Source: a candidate division FCPU426 bacterium (GTDB lineage: Bacteria > Oederibacteriota > Muellerivitia > Muellerivitales > Muellerivitaceae). From it: DNA of 64,000 nt. The notes below the pieces were generated by a model, which saw only the letters and a list, made by a program, of their open reading frames with translations, had not been told where the DNA came from and did no database searches. How positions within the stretch are numbered: position 1 is the stretch's first letter; every line of letters begins with the position of its first letter. Location: NCBI GenBank assembly GCA_963830915.1, contig CAWHOE010000054.1, positions 1 to 64,000 of the forward strand, given 5' to 3'. Of the stretch, positions 33,216 through 42,493 are shown in pieces. The translations under genes were made by a program, and so were the position numbers.

Positions 33216-33880
33216 TGGGGTCCCTGGGTCTGGCCCCAACGGTCATAAAAGATCAGGTCGTTCGTTGGTATCTGGGGCAGCCATCCGGCGGTCTTGAGTT
33301 CTGGCTCAGAGGCGAAAAGATCGGTGAAACCCACGCAAAGGTAGGCTACCGGTACCACGTCCTGGGGCAACTGAAGGATGGAGGATAACTCCTCTGTCTT
33401 GATGATGCTCACCCAACCCACGCCCACTCCCTCGCAGCGGGCCGCCAGCCAAAGGTTCTGCACGGCGCAGACCGCGCTGTACAGGTCCATGTCAGCCTGG
33501 GCGGTGCGTCCCAGGACCACCGGCCCGAACCTCTTTCGGTCACAGGTCACGCAGATGTTCAGGGCCGAGTCCAGGATGCCTTCCAGCTTCAGGGAAGCGT
33601 ATTTGACCTGACGCTCTCCCTGGAACATCCCTTTGGCTTCCTCGTTCGCCCTTTGGAACGCCTCCCTCACCCGGCCCCGCACCTCTCGGTCATGGATGAG
33701 GATGAAATTCCAGGGCTGCATGAACCCCACCGACGGGGCGCATAAAGCGGCCCCCAGGATTCTCTGGAGGACTTCCGGGGGGATCGGGTCCGAACGGAAC
33801 TTCCGGACATCCCGCCTTTGTTTGATGACGCGGTAAACCGCCTCCCGCTCCGGATCGCTGAATGAATGTTGATCGGTCAT
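33212..33880 (-). CDS. bluB: 5,6-dimethylbenzimidazole synthase
   Basis: VYRVIKQRRDVR, APSVGFMQPWNF, YASLKLEGI, MDLYSAVCAVQNLWLAAR.EG.GVGWVS. Confidence 0.95.
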   Translation of the reverse strand: MTDQHSFSDPEREAVYRVIKQRRDVRKFRSDPIPPEVLQRILGAALCAPSVGFMQPWNFILIHDREVRGRVREAFQRANEEAKGMFQGERQVKYASLKLEGILDSALNICVTCDRKRFGPVVLGRTAQADMDLYSAVCAVQNLWLAARCEGVGVGWVSIIKTEELSSILQLPQDVVPVAYLCVGFTDLFASEPELKTAGWLPQIPTNDLIFYDRWGQTQGPQ

Positions 33881-33890
33881 AAGTTCGCCC

Positions 33891-34901
33891 TCAAGTCAAA
33901 TAAGTCCGCTTGCGGAATAGCAAGCCCAACAAGACCGGAACTCCAATGAGCGCGGTGATGACCCCGACCGGCAGTTCCGTGGTCCCGAAAAAGGACCGGC
34001 ACAAAGTGTCACATAACATCAAGAAAGCCGCCCCTCCCAGGGCGCTGCAGGTCAAAAGGTATCGGTGGTCGTTCCCGACGAAAAGCCTGTAAATGTGGGG
34101 AACGATCAGTCCCACAAAGGCGATGGGCCCGGTCAGTGAAACGCAGGCGCTGGTCATCAGGGACGCGGTCAAAACGGAAAGCATGATCACTCGAACCGTC
34201 GAGACTCCCTTCACTTGGGCCAGTTCCTCCCCGGCTGAGAGTAGGTTCAATTCCCGGCCCATGGAGAACAGGATGATGAACCCGGCCACGACCACGATCA
34301 TCAATCTCATGACCGAGGTCATCTCGATGACATCCAGGCTTCCCATCAGCCAATGCATCATGGCGTAACTCTGGGTGAAGTCCGCCATGAAATAGAACAG
34401 GAGCACCAGCGCGTTGAAGAAGTAATTGATCCCGATACCGGCCAGAAGGAGCGTGGTCGCCGAATAGGAACGGATCACTGTGGCCAGGGAATAGACCAGG
34501 ATGATGGATAGGATCGCCCCCAGGAACGCGAAGAGGGTCACCATGGAGAACCCGCCGAACCCCGCGGTCAAACCCAGCGCGATGGCTGCCACTGCCCCGA
34601 AGGAACTCCCGCCGGCGATCCCCAGCGTGAAGGGACAGGCCAGGGGATTGCGCAATACCGCCTGGAACACCACTCCCGCCGCCGCCATGGCCGCTCCCGT
34701 CAGGACCGCCAGGAAACCCCGGGGCAGGCGGACGGTGAAAAAGATCTGGGCGTCGCGGTTGTCGGGGGCCGGGGGCCAGGATTGGAAAACCTTTTGGAAG
34801 GAAATGTTCGTGGAACCCAGCAGGGGACAGCCGATCAGGACAACCAAAAAGAAACCAATGGTGAAAAGAAGGACCATTCGTTTCTGGGAGTCGCTGGTCA
34901 T
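33891..34901 (-). CDS. btuC: FecCD/BtuC-family ABC permease
   Basis: VRLPR, LRNPLA.P.TLG, WLMGSL, GPIAFVGLIVPH, ELPVGVIT. Confidence 0.9.
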   Translation of the reverse strand: MTSDSQKRMVLLFTIGFFLVVLIGCPLLGSTNISFQKVFQSWPPAPDNRDAQIFFTVRLPRGFLAVLTGAAMAAAGVVFQAVLRNPLACPFTLGIAGGSSFGAVAAIALGLTAGFGGFSMVTLFAFLGAILSIILVYSLATVIRSYSATTLLLAGIGINYFFNALVLLFYFMADFTQSYAMMHWLMGSLDVIEMTSVMRLMIVVVAGFIILFSMGRELNLLSAGEELAQVKGVSTVRVIMLSVLTASLMTSACVSLTGPIAFVGLIVPHIYRLFVGNDHRYLLTCSALGGAAFLMLCDTLCRSFFGTTELPVGVITALIGVPVLLGLLFRKRTYLT

Positions 34902-35692
34902 GACCGCCTCCCCTTGGGGACGAAATAGGGAACCTTACCGCCTACCTTGAGGGGTGTCACATCCACCCCGTGGATGGTCTTGATGTTCTTGGCCGTCAGG
35001 ACCTTGGCCGGCGTCCCGTCCGCCACCATCGCCCCTTCCCGCATCAGGACCAGGCGGTCCAGGTATCTTCCCGCCAGGTTGATCTCGTGGGTGGCCACCA
35101 CCACCGTCACGCCCTCTTCCCGGTGAAGCTTTTGGATGATCTCGAACAGAAGGATCTGATGGGCCAGGTCCAGCGACAGGGTAGGCTCATCCAGCAGGAG
35201 CACCTGGGGGGTCTGGGCCAGGGCGGAGGCCAGCAGCACCCTTTGCCGCTCTCCTCCGGAAAGTTCCTCATAGCGCCGGTCCTTGAAATCCAGCGCGTCG
35301 CAAAGCTCCATCGCCCTCTCGCAAATGCTCCGGTCCTTATGGCTGATGGGTTGGAACCGGGCCAGATAAGGATGGCGTCCCATCTCCACCACTTCCCAGA
35401 CGCTCAAGGGAAAGGTGAAGTGGAGGGATTGGGGAACGTAGGCCATGATCTTGGCCCTTTCCCGGACCGGGATGGCCCGGAGAGGTTGTCCATTCAGGAG
35501 CACCCGCCCCTCTTGGGGCGTCAGGAGGCCGGCCATGAGCTTGAGCAGGGTCGACTTGCCCGCGCCATTGGGGCCCAGCAGGCCCAGCAGGTCGCCCGGC
35601 TCCACCTTGAGGTCGGTTTGATGAAGCTCGAACTTGGAGAGGGAAGGATAATGGAACGAAAGGTTTTGGATCTCGAATAGGGGCACGGACAT
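34898..35692 (-). CDS. btuD: ABC transporter ATP-binding protein (BtuD/FepC-like)
   Basis: GPNGAGKST, LSGGERQR, LLLDEPT. Confidence 0.88.
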   Translation of the reverse strand: MSVPLFEIQNLSFHYPSLSKFELHQTDLKVEPGDLLGLLGPNGAGKSTLLKLMAGLLTPQEGRVLLNGQPLRAIPVRERAKIMAYVPQSLHFTFPLSVWEVVEMGRHPYLARFQPISHKDRSICERAMELCDALDFKDRRYEELSGGERQRVLLASALAQTPQVLLLDEPTLSLDLAHQILLFEIIQKLHREEGVTVVVATHEINLAGRYLDRLVLMREGAMVADGTPAKVLTAKNIKTIHGVDVTPLKVGGKVPYFVPKGRRS

Positions 35693-35950
35693 CCTTTTTC
35701 ATCGCGATAACCGGGAGCTAGTGTAAGAAGGGTTCCCATTGTCGTCAACTTATCAGGCCGACGGCTTGATCCCGGCGATTTTACACCACCCCAGGGTCCA
35801 TTACCTATAAGGGCCAGTGGGTCCAGGAGGGAATTGCCCCCGGCTTGATGAATTTCATTGATTGCGGGGAGGTCAAAATTTAAACTTTCGAGATCGGTCT
35901 TCCGGGGGGAACCTCGGACCTTTCGCCGAACAATCCAACCAGGAGTCGCC

Positions 35951-37291
35951 ATGGACGCACTTACCCTAGCCCGCGCGCAGTTCGGTTTCACCTGTGCCTT
36001 CCACTATATCTTCCCGCCCTTGAGCATCGGCATCTCGGTCATCCTGGTGGTGATGGAAGGCCTCTATTATTTCACCAAGCAGACCCTATACCTGGAAATG
36101 GCCAAGTTCTGGACCAGGATCTTCGGTTTGATCTTTTCCATCGGCGTGGCCAGCGGTGTCGTCATGGAATTCCAGTTCGGCACCAACTGGTCCACCTACT
36201 CCCGTTTCGTCGGTGACGTTTTCGGCAGCGCATTGGCGGCCGAGGGGGTCTTCGCCTTCTTCCTGGAATCGGGCTTCTTCGCCCTTCTCCTTTTCGGATG
36301 GGACAAGATCAGCCGGGGGATGCATCTCTTCTCGACCGTCATGGTCTGTCTGGGGGCCCATTTCAGCGCCATCTGGATCGTGGTGGCCAATTCCTGGCAG
36401 CAGACCCCGGCGGGGTATCACCTGGTCGGGGAAGGGGCCGCCACCCGGGCCGAGATCACCGATTTCTGGCAGTTGGTCCTGAACCCCTCCTCATTGGATA
36501 GGATCTTCCATGTTTATACCGGGGCCTGGCAAGCCGGGGCTTTCGCGGTCCTGAGCGTGAGCGCTTTTTATCTATTGAAGAAGAAGAACGAGGCCTTCGC
36601 CAAGTCCAGCCTGAAGATCGCCCTGGGGCTGGCGGTCATCGCCTCCCTGCTCCAATTGGTCTCGGGCCACGACAGCGGCAAGGTGGTCGCCCAGACCCAG
36701 CCAACCAAACTGGCCGCCTTCGAGGGCCATTTCGACGCCCTGGCCCCCGCCTCCGCTTACCTATTCGGCTGGGTGGACGAGAAGAACCAACAGACCCATG
36801 GCGTGGCCATTCCGGGCCTGTTGAGCTATTTGGTGGCGGGGAACGCCTCCGCGCCCGTGACGGGCTTGAACGCTTTCCCTCCGGACAAAAGACCGCCAGT
36901 CAATTTCGTCTTCCAGACCTATCACCTGATGGTGGCTATCGGGATGCTTCTCATCCTTATCTCCCTGACCGGCCTTTTCCTTCTCGTGAGTGGCAAGCTT
37001 TTCCAGGCCCGCTGGTTCCTGACGGTCCTGATCTGGTCGGTCTTGCTTCCCCAGGCCGCCAACCAGCTGGGGTGGTTCTCCGCCGAGGTGGGACGTCAGC
37101 CTTATATCGTCTACAACTTGATGAAAACCTCCGAGGGCCTTTCGAAGATCGTGAAGCCCGAGGAGATCGAGATCTCGCTCGTGCTTTTCTCGTTCATCTA
37201 TCTGCTGCTGTTCATCCTGTTCATCTACCTGTTGAATGACAAGATCCAGAAGGGTCTTTACATGAAAGAAGAGGAGGGACACCGCGCATGA
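35951..37291 (+). CDS. cydA: Cytochrome bd oxidase subunit I
   Basis: LARAQF...[39 protein letters not shown] 35951 follows AGGAG. Confidence 0.96.
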   Translation: MDALTLARAQFGFTCAFHYIFPPLSIGISVILVVMEGLYYFTKQTLYLEMAKFWTRIFGLIFSIGVASGVVMEFQFGTNWSTYSRFVGDVFGSALAAEGVFAFFLESGFFALLLFGWDKISRGMHLFSTVMVCLGAHFSAIWIVVANSWQQTPAGYHLVGEGAATRAEITDFWQLVLNPSSLDRIFHVYTGAWQAGAFAVLSVSAFYLLKKKNEAFAKSSLKIALGLAVIASLLQLVSGHDSGKVVAQTQPTKLAAFEGHFDALAPASAYLFGWVDEKNQQTHGVAIPGLLSYLVAGNASAPVTGLNAFPPDKRPPVNFVFQTYHLMVAIGMLLILISLTGLFLLVSGKLFQARWFLTVLIWSVLLPQAANQLGWFSAEVGRQPYIVYNLMKTSEGLSKIVKPEEIEISLVLFSFIYLLLFILFIYLLNDKIQKGLYMKEEEGHRA

Positions 37292-38310
37292 ATTACGATT
37301 GGCAGACCCTATGGTTCATCCTGGTGGGAGTTTTGTTCATGGGCTACGCCGTGCTGGACGGTTTCGACCTGGGCGTGGGCGCCTTGCATCTATTGGTGAA
37401 GGATGACCGGGAGCGTCGCCTCTTCCTGAACGCCATCGGCCCCATCTGGGACGGTAACGAGGTGTGGCTGGTAACGGGCGGGGGAGCCCTTTTCGCCGCT
37501 TTCCCCGAGGTCTACGCCACGGTGTTCTCCGGGTTCTATCTGGCATTCATGCTCCTGCTGGTCGCGCTCATCTTCCGGGCGGTGGCCATCGAGTTCAGGA
37601 GCAAGCAATCCTCCCCTGAATGGAGGAACTTCTGGGACATCAGCTTCAGCGTCTCGTCCATCCTCTCCGGCCTGCTGGTCGGGGTGGCCATGGGCAACAT
37701 CGCCTGGGGCATTCCCATCGGGGCGGACCATGAGTACGCGGGCGATTTCCTGGGGCTGTTGAAACCCTTCCCGCTTCTTTTGGGCGTCACCACGGTCTCC
37801 CTCTTCATGATGCACGGCTCCATCTACTTGATCCTCAAGACGGAGGGAGGCTTGCAGGAAAAACTGAAGGGCTGGGTGAAGAACACCATGATCTTCTTCA
37901 TCCTCTGCTACGTCTTGACCACCATGGTCACGCTTCTTTTCGTGCCCCACATGGTGGAGACCATCAAGCTCTACCCGGTCCTGGTGCTGGTGCCTTTCGC
38001 CAACGTGTTGTTCATCGCCAATATCCCCCGGAGCGTCGCCAAGAACCAGGTCCTGGGCGCTTTCCTTTCCTCCTGCGGGGCCATGGTGAGCTTGATGGCG
38101 CTCTTCGGCATCGGGATGTACCCCAACATGGTCTTCTCCAACCCCCTGCCGCAGAACAGCCTGACTATCTACAACGCGGCGTCCTCGGTGAAGACCTTGA
38201 AGATCATGTCGCTCATCGCGGCCATCGGGATGCCCCTGGTCATCGGCTATACGGCCAGCATCTACTGGGTTTTCCGGGGCAAGGTCAAGTTGGATTCCCA
38301 CAGCTACTGA
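37288..38310 (+). CDS. cydB: Cytochrome bd oxidase subunit II
   Basis: LDGFDLGVG, IGPIWDGNEVWL, FRAVAIEFR, VFRGKV. Confidence 0.96.
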   Translation: MNYDWQTLWFILVGVLFMGYAVLDGFDLGVGALHLLVKDDRERRLFLNAIGPIWDGNEVWLVTGGGALFAAFPEVYATVFSGFYLAFMLLLVALIFRAVAIEFRSKQSSPEWRNFWDISFSVSSILSGLLVGVAMGNIAWGIPIGADHEYAGDFLGLLKPFPLLLGVTTVSLFMMHGSIYLILKTEGGLQEKLKGWVKNTMIFFILCYVLTTMVTLLFVPHMVETIKLYPVLVLVPFANVLFIANIPRSVAKNQVLGAFLSSCGAMVSLMALFGIGMYPNMVFSNPLPQNSLTIYNAASSVKTLKIMSLIAAIGMPLVIGYTASIYWVFRGKVKLDSHSY

Positions 38311-38366
38311 CGCGGGCCGCGTTCGTTCGGGACCGAACCTTCCCTTGAATGACCATTAATTGTCCT

Positions 38367-38393
38367 CTCGCGCGGCGCCCAACGCCGCGCGAG
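38367..38393. other. Perfect GC-rich hairpin downstream of cydB
   Basis: CTCGCGCGGCG-cccaa-CGCCGCGCGAG; no clear U tract. Confidence 0.55.
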
Positions 38394-38749
38394 TCTCATT
38401 TCGGGACCAAGTCCGGAATTTTTGTCAAGGGCTTCCTGGGTTTTCCTGAATATTTATTTTCATCCCGGGGAGAAAAAAATTTTCGTTGCGCAAAAATCGG
38501 ACCGAAATAATTTTCGCGGCGCCTAAAACGATTGAAACAAACGGTTTATTTTGAGAAATATTTTTTCCCTTTCGGGCAAAATTTTCTTGACTTAAATCAA
38601 AAAAGATTTAAAAGAGGTGGAGCAAGTTAATTTCTGGAAAATTTTCGTGGTTAACGCGAAAAAATAAATTCCAAATCCCTAACGACTCCTTCTGAAAAAT
38701 TTTCTCGGCCTGCTGATGAGCGAAGTGACGCGCGATCAATGGATGAGCC

Positions 38750-39050
38750 GCGCGAGTTTGTGGATGCCGGTGGATATGTTGTGTACGACTTTGGCTCTTG
38801 TTCCGAAAAGGCGTGAAGTTAAAAGACTTTCCTCCTCTTTGGAAGAAAAAGCTTAAGGCGAGGTTCTGACGGGGTTGTCGGAGGGATAAGTTAATCCTCT
38901 TTATATATTAAGAGAATTAAAGGTTGAGTTCTCCTCCGAGTTATCCACAAGTCTATACACAACTGTGGATAAGCTTCTTCCTTCCGCTTCTTGGGAGGAG
39001 GGTCCGAAAAAACCACAAATAAGCTTGGGGATAAACAGGGGATAAGGTTT
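38750..39050. promoter_or_regulatory. DnaA-box cluster upstream of dnaA (oriC part 1 / dnaA autoregulation)
   Basis: TTATCCACA 38941-49, CTATACACA 38953-61, TGTGGATAA 38964-72, TGGGGATAA and AGGGGATAA ~39026-45, AT-rich block ~38900-38920. Confidence 0.85.
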
Positions 39051-39103
39051 TTTGACCAGCTTGAAATGACCCCTTTTTAAGGGTTTTTTGCCCTTTTTAA
39101 ATT

Positions 39104-40498
39104 ATGGGAGGTTTGTGGATGACCGTCTCACCGGACCTTTGGGATCGCTGCCTGGATAACCTCAAAAATGACGTTAACCAGCAAAGCTTTGAGACTTGGT
39201 TCAAATCCACCAAGGCCACCGTTTCTGACAATACCCTGAAAGTCCAGGTTCCCAACGAGTTCTTCCGGGATTGGATCAGGGACCATTACCAGCCCCAGAT
39301 CCAGAAAGCCTTGAAGTCCCTCCATCCCGAACAGTTAGAGATCCTATTCGAGGTCTCCGAGGCCGTTCCGTCTTCCGCCCCTGTCTCCCCAGCTCAAGTC
39401 CAGGTCGAGGTCGTTGAGAAGCCCCGACTATCCATGCCCACGCCGACCAAGACCACTTCCGACTCAGAATTCATCCTCAATTCCAAATTCAATTTCGGCA
39501 GTTTTGTCGTCGGCAACAGCAATCGTTTCGCTCACGCCGCCTGTCTAGCGGTAGCGGAATCGCCCGCTCGTTCCTACAACCCGTTGTTTATATATGGAGG
39601 GGTTGGTCTGGGGAAAACCCACTTGCTTCAAGCCATCGGGAATTTCGTCCTGGAACAGAATCCCAACATCAAGGTCCTTTATATCTCCTCTGAGAAATTC
39701 CTGAACGACTTCATCCAGGCCATCCAATCGGGCCGCCAACAGGACTTCCGCAACAAATACCGCACGGTGGACGTCCTTTTGATCGACGACATCCAGTTCT
39801 GGGAGGGCAAAGAGACCACCCAGGAGGAGTTTTTCCATACCTTTAACGAGCTTTATGAGGCCCAAAAGCAGATCGTCGCCACTTCCGACAGCCATCCCAA
39901 GGAGATCAAGCTGGAAGGCCGCCTGAAGAACCGCTTCGAGATGGGGTTGATCACCGATATCCAAGAGCCGGACCTGGAAACCCGTATCGCCATCCTTCGC
40001 AAGAAGGCCGAGAGCGAGGGCATCCTGGTGCCCAATGAAGTGACCGTATTCATCGCCAACCACGCCAAGGCCAATATCCGCGAGCTGGAAGGGTCCATGC
40101 TGAGGGTCATCGCCTTCGCGTCCCTGACCGGCCAGGAGATCACCCTGGAGCTGGTCAAAGAGGTCCTAAAGGACACTTTCCCCCCGGAGGACCGCCGCAT
40201 CTCGGTGGACGCCATCCAGAGGGTCGTGGCCGAGCGTTACAATTGCAAGTTCTCCGACATGAAATCCAAGAAACGCACCAAACAGATCGCCTTCCCCCGC
40301 CAGATCGCCATGTTCCTGTCGCGCGAGCTCACCTCTCACTCCTTGAGCGAGATCGGGGCGGCTTTCGGCGGCAAGGACCACACCACCATCATCCACGCCT
40401 ATGAGAAGATCGAGGACCTGCTGATCTCCGACATCACCCTCTTGGCCGAGATCAACAGCGTCAAGAAACAGCTCAGCGAAGGCAACTACGCCCAGTAG
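39104..40498 (+). CDS. dnaA: Chromosomal replication initiator DnaA
   Basis: FVVGNSN, YNPLFIYGGVGLGKTHL, LLIDDIQF, NIRELEG, FGGKDHTT. Confidence 0.99.
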   Translation: MGGLWMTVSPDLWDRCLDNLKNDVNQQSFETWFKSTKATVSDNTLKVQVPNEFFRDWIRDHYQPQIQKALKSLHPEQLEILFEVSEAVPSSAPVSPAQVQVEVVEKPRLSMPTPTKTTSDSEFILNSKFNFGSFVVGNSNRFAHAACLAVAESPARSYNPLFIYGGVGLGKTHLLQAIGNFVLEQNPNIKVLYISSEKFLNDFIQAIQSGRQQDFRNKYRTVDVLLIDDIQFWEGKETTQEEFFHTFNELYEAQKQIVATSDSHPKEIKLEGRLKNRFEMGLITDIQEPDLETRIAILRKKAESEGILVPNEVTVFIANHAKANIRELEGSMLRVIAFASLTGQEITLELVKEVLKDTFPPEDRRISVDAIQRVVAERYNCKFSDMKSKKRTKQIAFPRQIAMFLSRELTSHSLSEIGAAFGGKDHTTIIHAYEKIEDLLISDITLLAEINSVKKQLSEGNYAQ

Positions 40499-40569
40499 TC
40501 CCTGGTTCCATCCCTTTTTCTTTTTCCCCTTGGGCTCCCATAACCAACGAACCTAGACTTTTTTCCTTG

Positions 40570-40880
40570 GAAGTTATCCTCATTCGCTCCTCATTCCATC
40601 AACAACATCCACAAAAAGCGCGTGAGGCTCGGTTTTTCGAAAGGTGATTTTCCCGTTCGGGAGGCACTTCTCCACGGAATCATCCACATTGGCGGGTCGA
40701 GACTGTGGGTAAGCGGGAGGAAAACCCAAAAAGGTTGCGGGCCTGTGGATTTGTTCTATAATACCCCCAGTTTATGCCCAGGGTTTTTAGCCTCATTCGG
40801 CCTTATTTTTCAACGATTGCCGGATGATCTACACATATCCTCAAAGCCAACTACAGCTACTATACTTTAAATTTTAAATG
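40570..40880. promoter_or_regulatory. oriC: oriC part 2: degenerate DnaA boxes, DnaA-trios and AT-rich unwinding element
   Basis: TTATCCTCA, ACATCCACA, TCATCCACA, TGTGGGTAA, TGTGGATTT, then ATCTACACA-TATCCTCA-AAGC-CAA CTA CAG CTA CTA-TACTTTAAATTTTAAAT at 40827-40879. Confidence 0.8.
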
Positions 40881-40923
40881 ATGTTTAACAGAAGTTTGTA
40901 TCACCAGATACAAGGAGTTTCCA

Positions 40924-42042
40924 ATGAAAGTGGTTTTGACAAGAGGCGATCTCTTGAAAGGCATCCTGACAGTCCAAAGCGCGGTTGCCACCAAGAACAC
41001 CATGCCGATCTTAGCCAACGTTTTGTTGGAAGCCAGGGATAAAAAACTAGAGTTCGTCGCGACCGATTTGGATATGGGTATCCGGTGTTCCGTTCCGGCT
41101 GAGGTGGTTGAAAAAGGAAGCATCACCATCAACGCCAAGAAGTTGTCCGATATCGTCAGAGAATTGCCTGAAGCCTCGGTCGATCTGGAAATAGACGACA
41201 GCCATAAAATGATCCTGGTCTGCCAAAAGTCCAATTTCAAGATCCATGGATTACCGAAAGACGATTTCCCCATCCTTCCAGAGGTCAAAAAAGACAAGGT
41301 CCTGAAGATCAAAGGTTCCTTGATCCAAGAAATGGTCCATAAGGTCATTTTCGCGGTATCCAATGACGAGACCCGTTATGTTTTGAATGGGGTTTTCTTT
41401 CAGGCCGAATCAGGAAAGGTCAAAATGGTGGCCACCGACGGTCATCGTTTGGCTTTCATCCAAAAGAAACTGGAATCCAAGACCGATGAGAAATGCAGTG
41501 TGATCATTCCCACCAAGACCTTGAACGAATTGTCCAAAGCCATTTCCGACCTGGCAAAGGGCAAAGAAGACGAGATCATCGTGGATATCGTCGCCACCGA
41601 CAATCAGATCAAGTTCACGGTGGAAGGGGTGGAAATCGTGTCCCGCCTCATCGAGGGGCAATTCCCCAATTATGAGCAGGTCATCCCGAAGGAATCCGAC
41701 AAGAAAGTGGAGGCCTCGACCGCCGAATTGACCTCCGCTACCCGCCGTGTGGCTATCCTGACTTCCGAGAAATCCAACTCCATCCGCTACCAGGTCAAGA
41801 GCGGGAAGCTTTCCATCTCCTCCAAGACCCCCGATATGGGAGAGGCCAAGGAAGATATGGACGTCAATTACAAGGGTGATGAGATCGCCATCGCCTACAA
41901 CGCCAAGTATGTCTTGGATGTCCTCAAGAACGTCGGGACAGACACGGTGAGCATCGAGCTGACCCAGCCCTTGAGCCCGGGGATATTGAGGCCTAAAGGC
42001 GACGCGGATTATCTTTGCGTGATCATGCCGATGAGGGTCTAA
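40924..42042 (+). CDS. dnaN: DNA polymerase III beta sliding clamp
   Basis: PILANVLL, ATDLD, ETRYVLNG, VATDGHRL, SRLIEGQFPNY, IMPMR. Confidence 0.98.
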   Translation: MKVVLTRGDLLKGILTVQSAVATKNTMPILANVLLEARDKKLEFVATDLDMGIRCSVPAEVVEKGSITINAKKLSDIVRELPEASVDLEIDDSHKMILVCQKSNFKIHGLPKDDFPILPEVKKDKVLKIKGSLIQEMVHKVIFAVSNDETRYVLNGVFFQAESGKVKMVATDGHRLAFIQKKLESKTDEKCSVIIPTKTLNELSKAISDLAKGKEDEIIVDIVATDNQIKFTVEGVEIVSRLIEGQFPNYEQVIPKESDKKVEASTAELTSATRRVAILTSEKSNSIRYQVKSGKLSISSKTPDMGEAKEDMDVNYKGDEIAIAYNAKYVLDVLKNVGTDTVSIELTQPLSPGILRPKGDADYLCVIMPMRV

Positions 42043-42070
42043 AAGCAGGAAATAAAACAGGACTTCTCGA

Positions 42071-42098
42071 AAGGCCCGCCGAAAGGCGGGCTTTTTTT
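42071..42098 (+). terminator. Intrinsic terminator after dnaN
   Basis: GCCCGCC-gaaa-GGCGGGC-TTTTTTT. Confidence 0.92.
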
Positions 42099-42111
42099 GT
42101 TTCAGGTGAGA

Positions 42112-42294
42112 TCAGCGGATGATAGCCGCGGTTTCCTCGTCCAAACTCCGGGCGGTGATCAGCGCCAGGTGAAAGATACAATCCGGGCAGTAGTACAAGT
42201 GGCGTTCGATCTGGCCTTTTTCCGGCGACTCCAAGCGGCCTTCCCTGAAATCCACCAGCATCTTTCTGACTTCCTCGCAGCGTAACTCTTCCAT
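42112..42294 (-). CDS. Small stand-alone zf-HC2 (ZAS anti-sigma-like) protein
   Basis: MEELRCEEVRKMLVDF.EG.L....IERHLYYCPDC (HxxxCxxC). ATG 42294 follows AAGGTGG. Confidence 0.75.
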   Translation of the reverse strand: MEELRCEEVRKMLVDFREGRLESPEKGQIERHLYYCPDCIFHLALITARSLDEETAAIIR

Positions 42295-42493
42295 TTCGCA
42301 CCACCTTATCCGATAAAACTGCATCATTCGTGCCATAGGGGTTTTGTTGAAAATCATGGTTTTCAAGGCATTGCGTGGCGGGAGGATCCCCTCGCAAGGG
42401 GATCGGGATTTCCTATTGATGGATTTTATACAGTTTTAGCCTGAGGTTTGTCACAGAGGGGTAAATTCGCCAAGAGGTTTGAGGAACTTTTGG

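Noticed and set aside
38713..38760. CTGATGAG as a hammerhead ribozyme core
   Set aside because: No stem II followed by GAAA and no matching stems I/III could be built.
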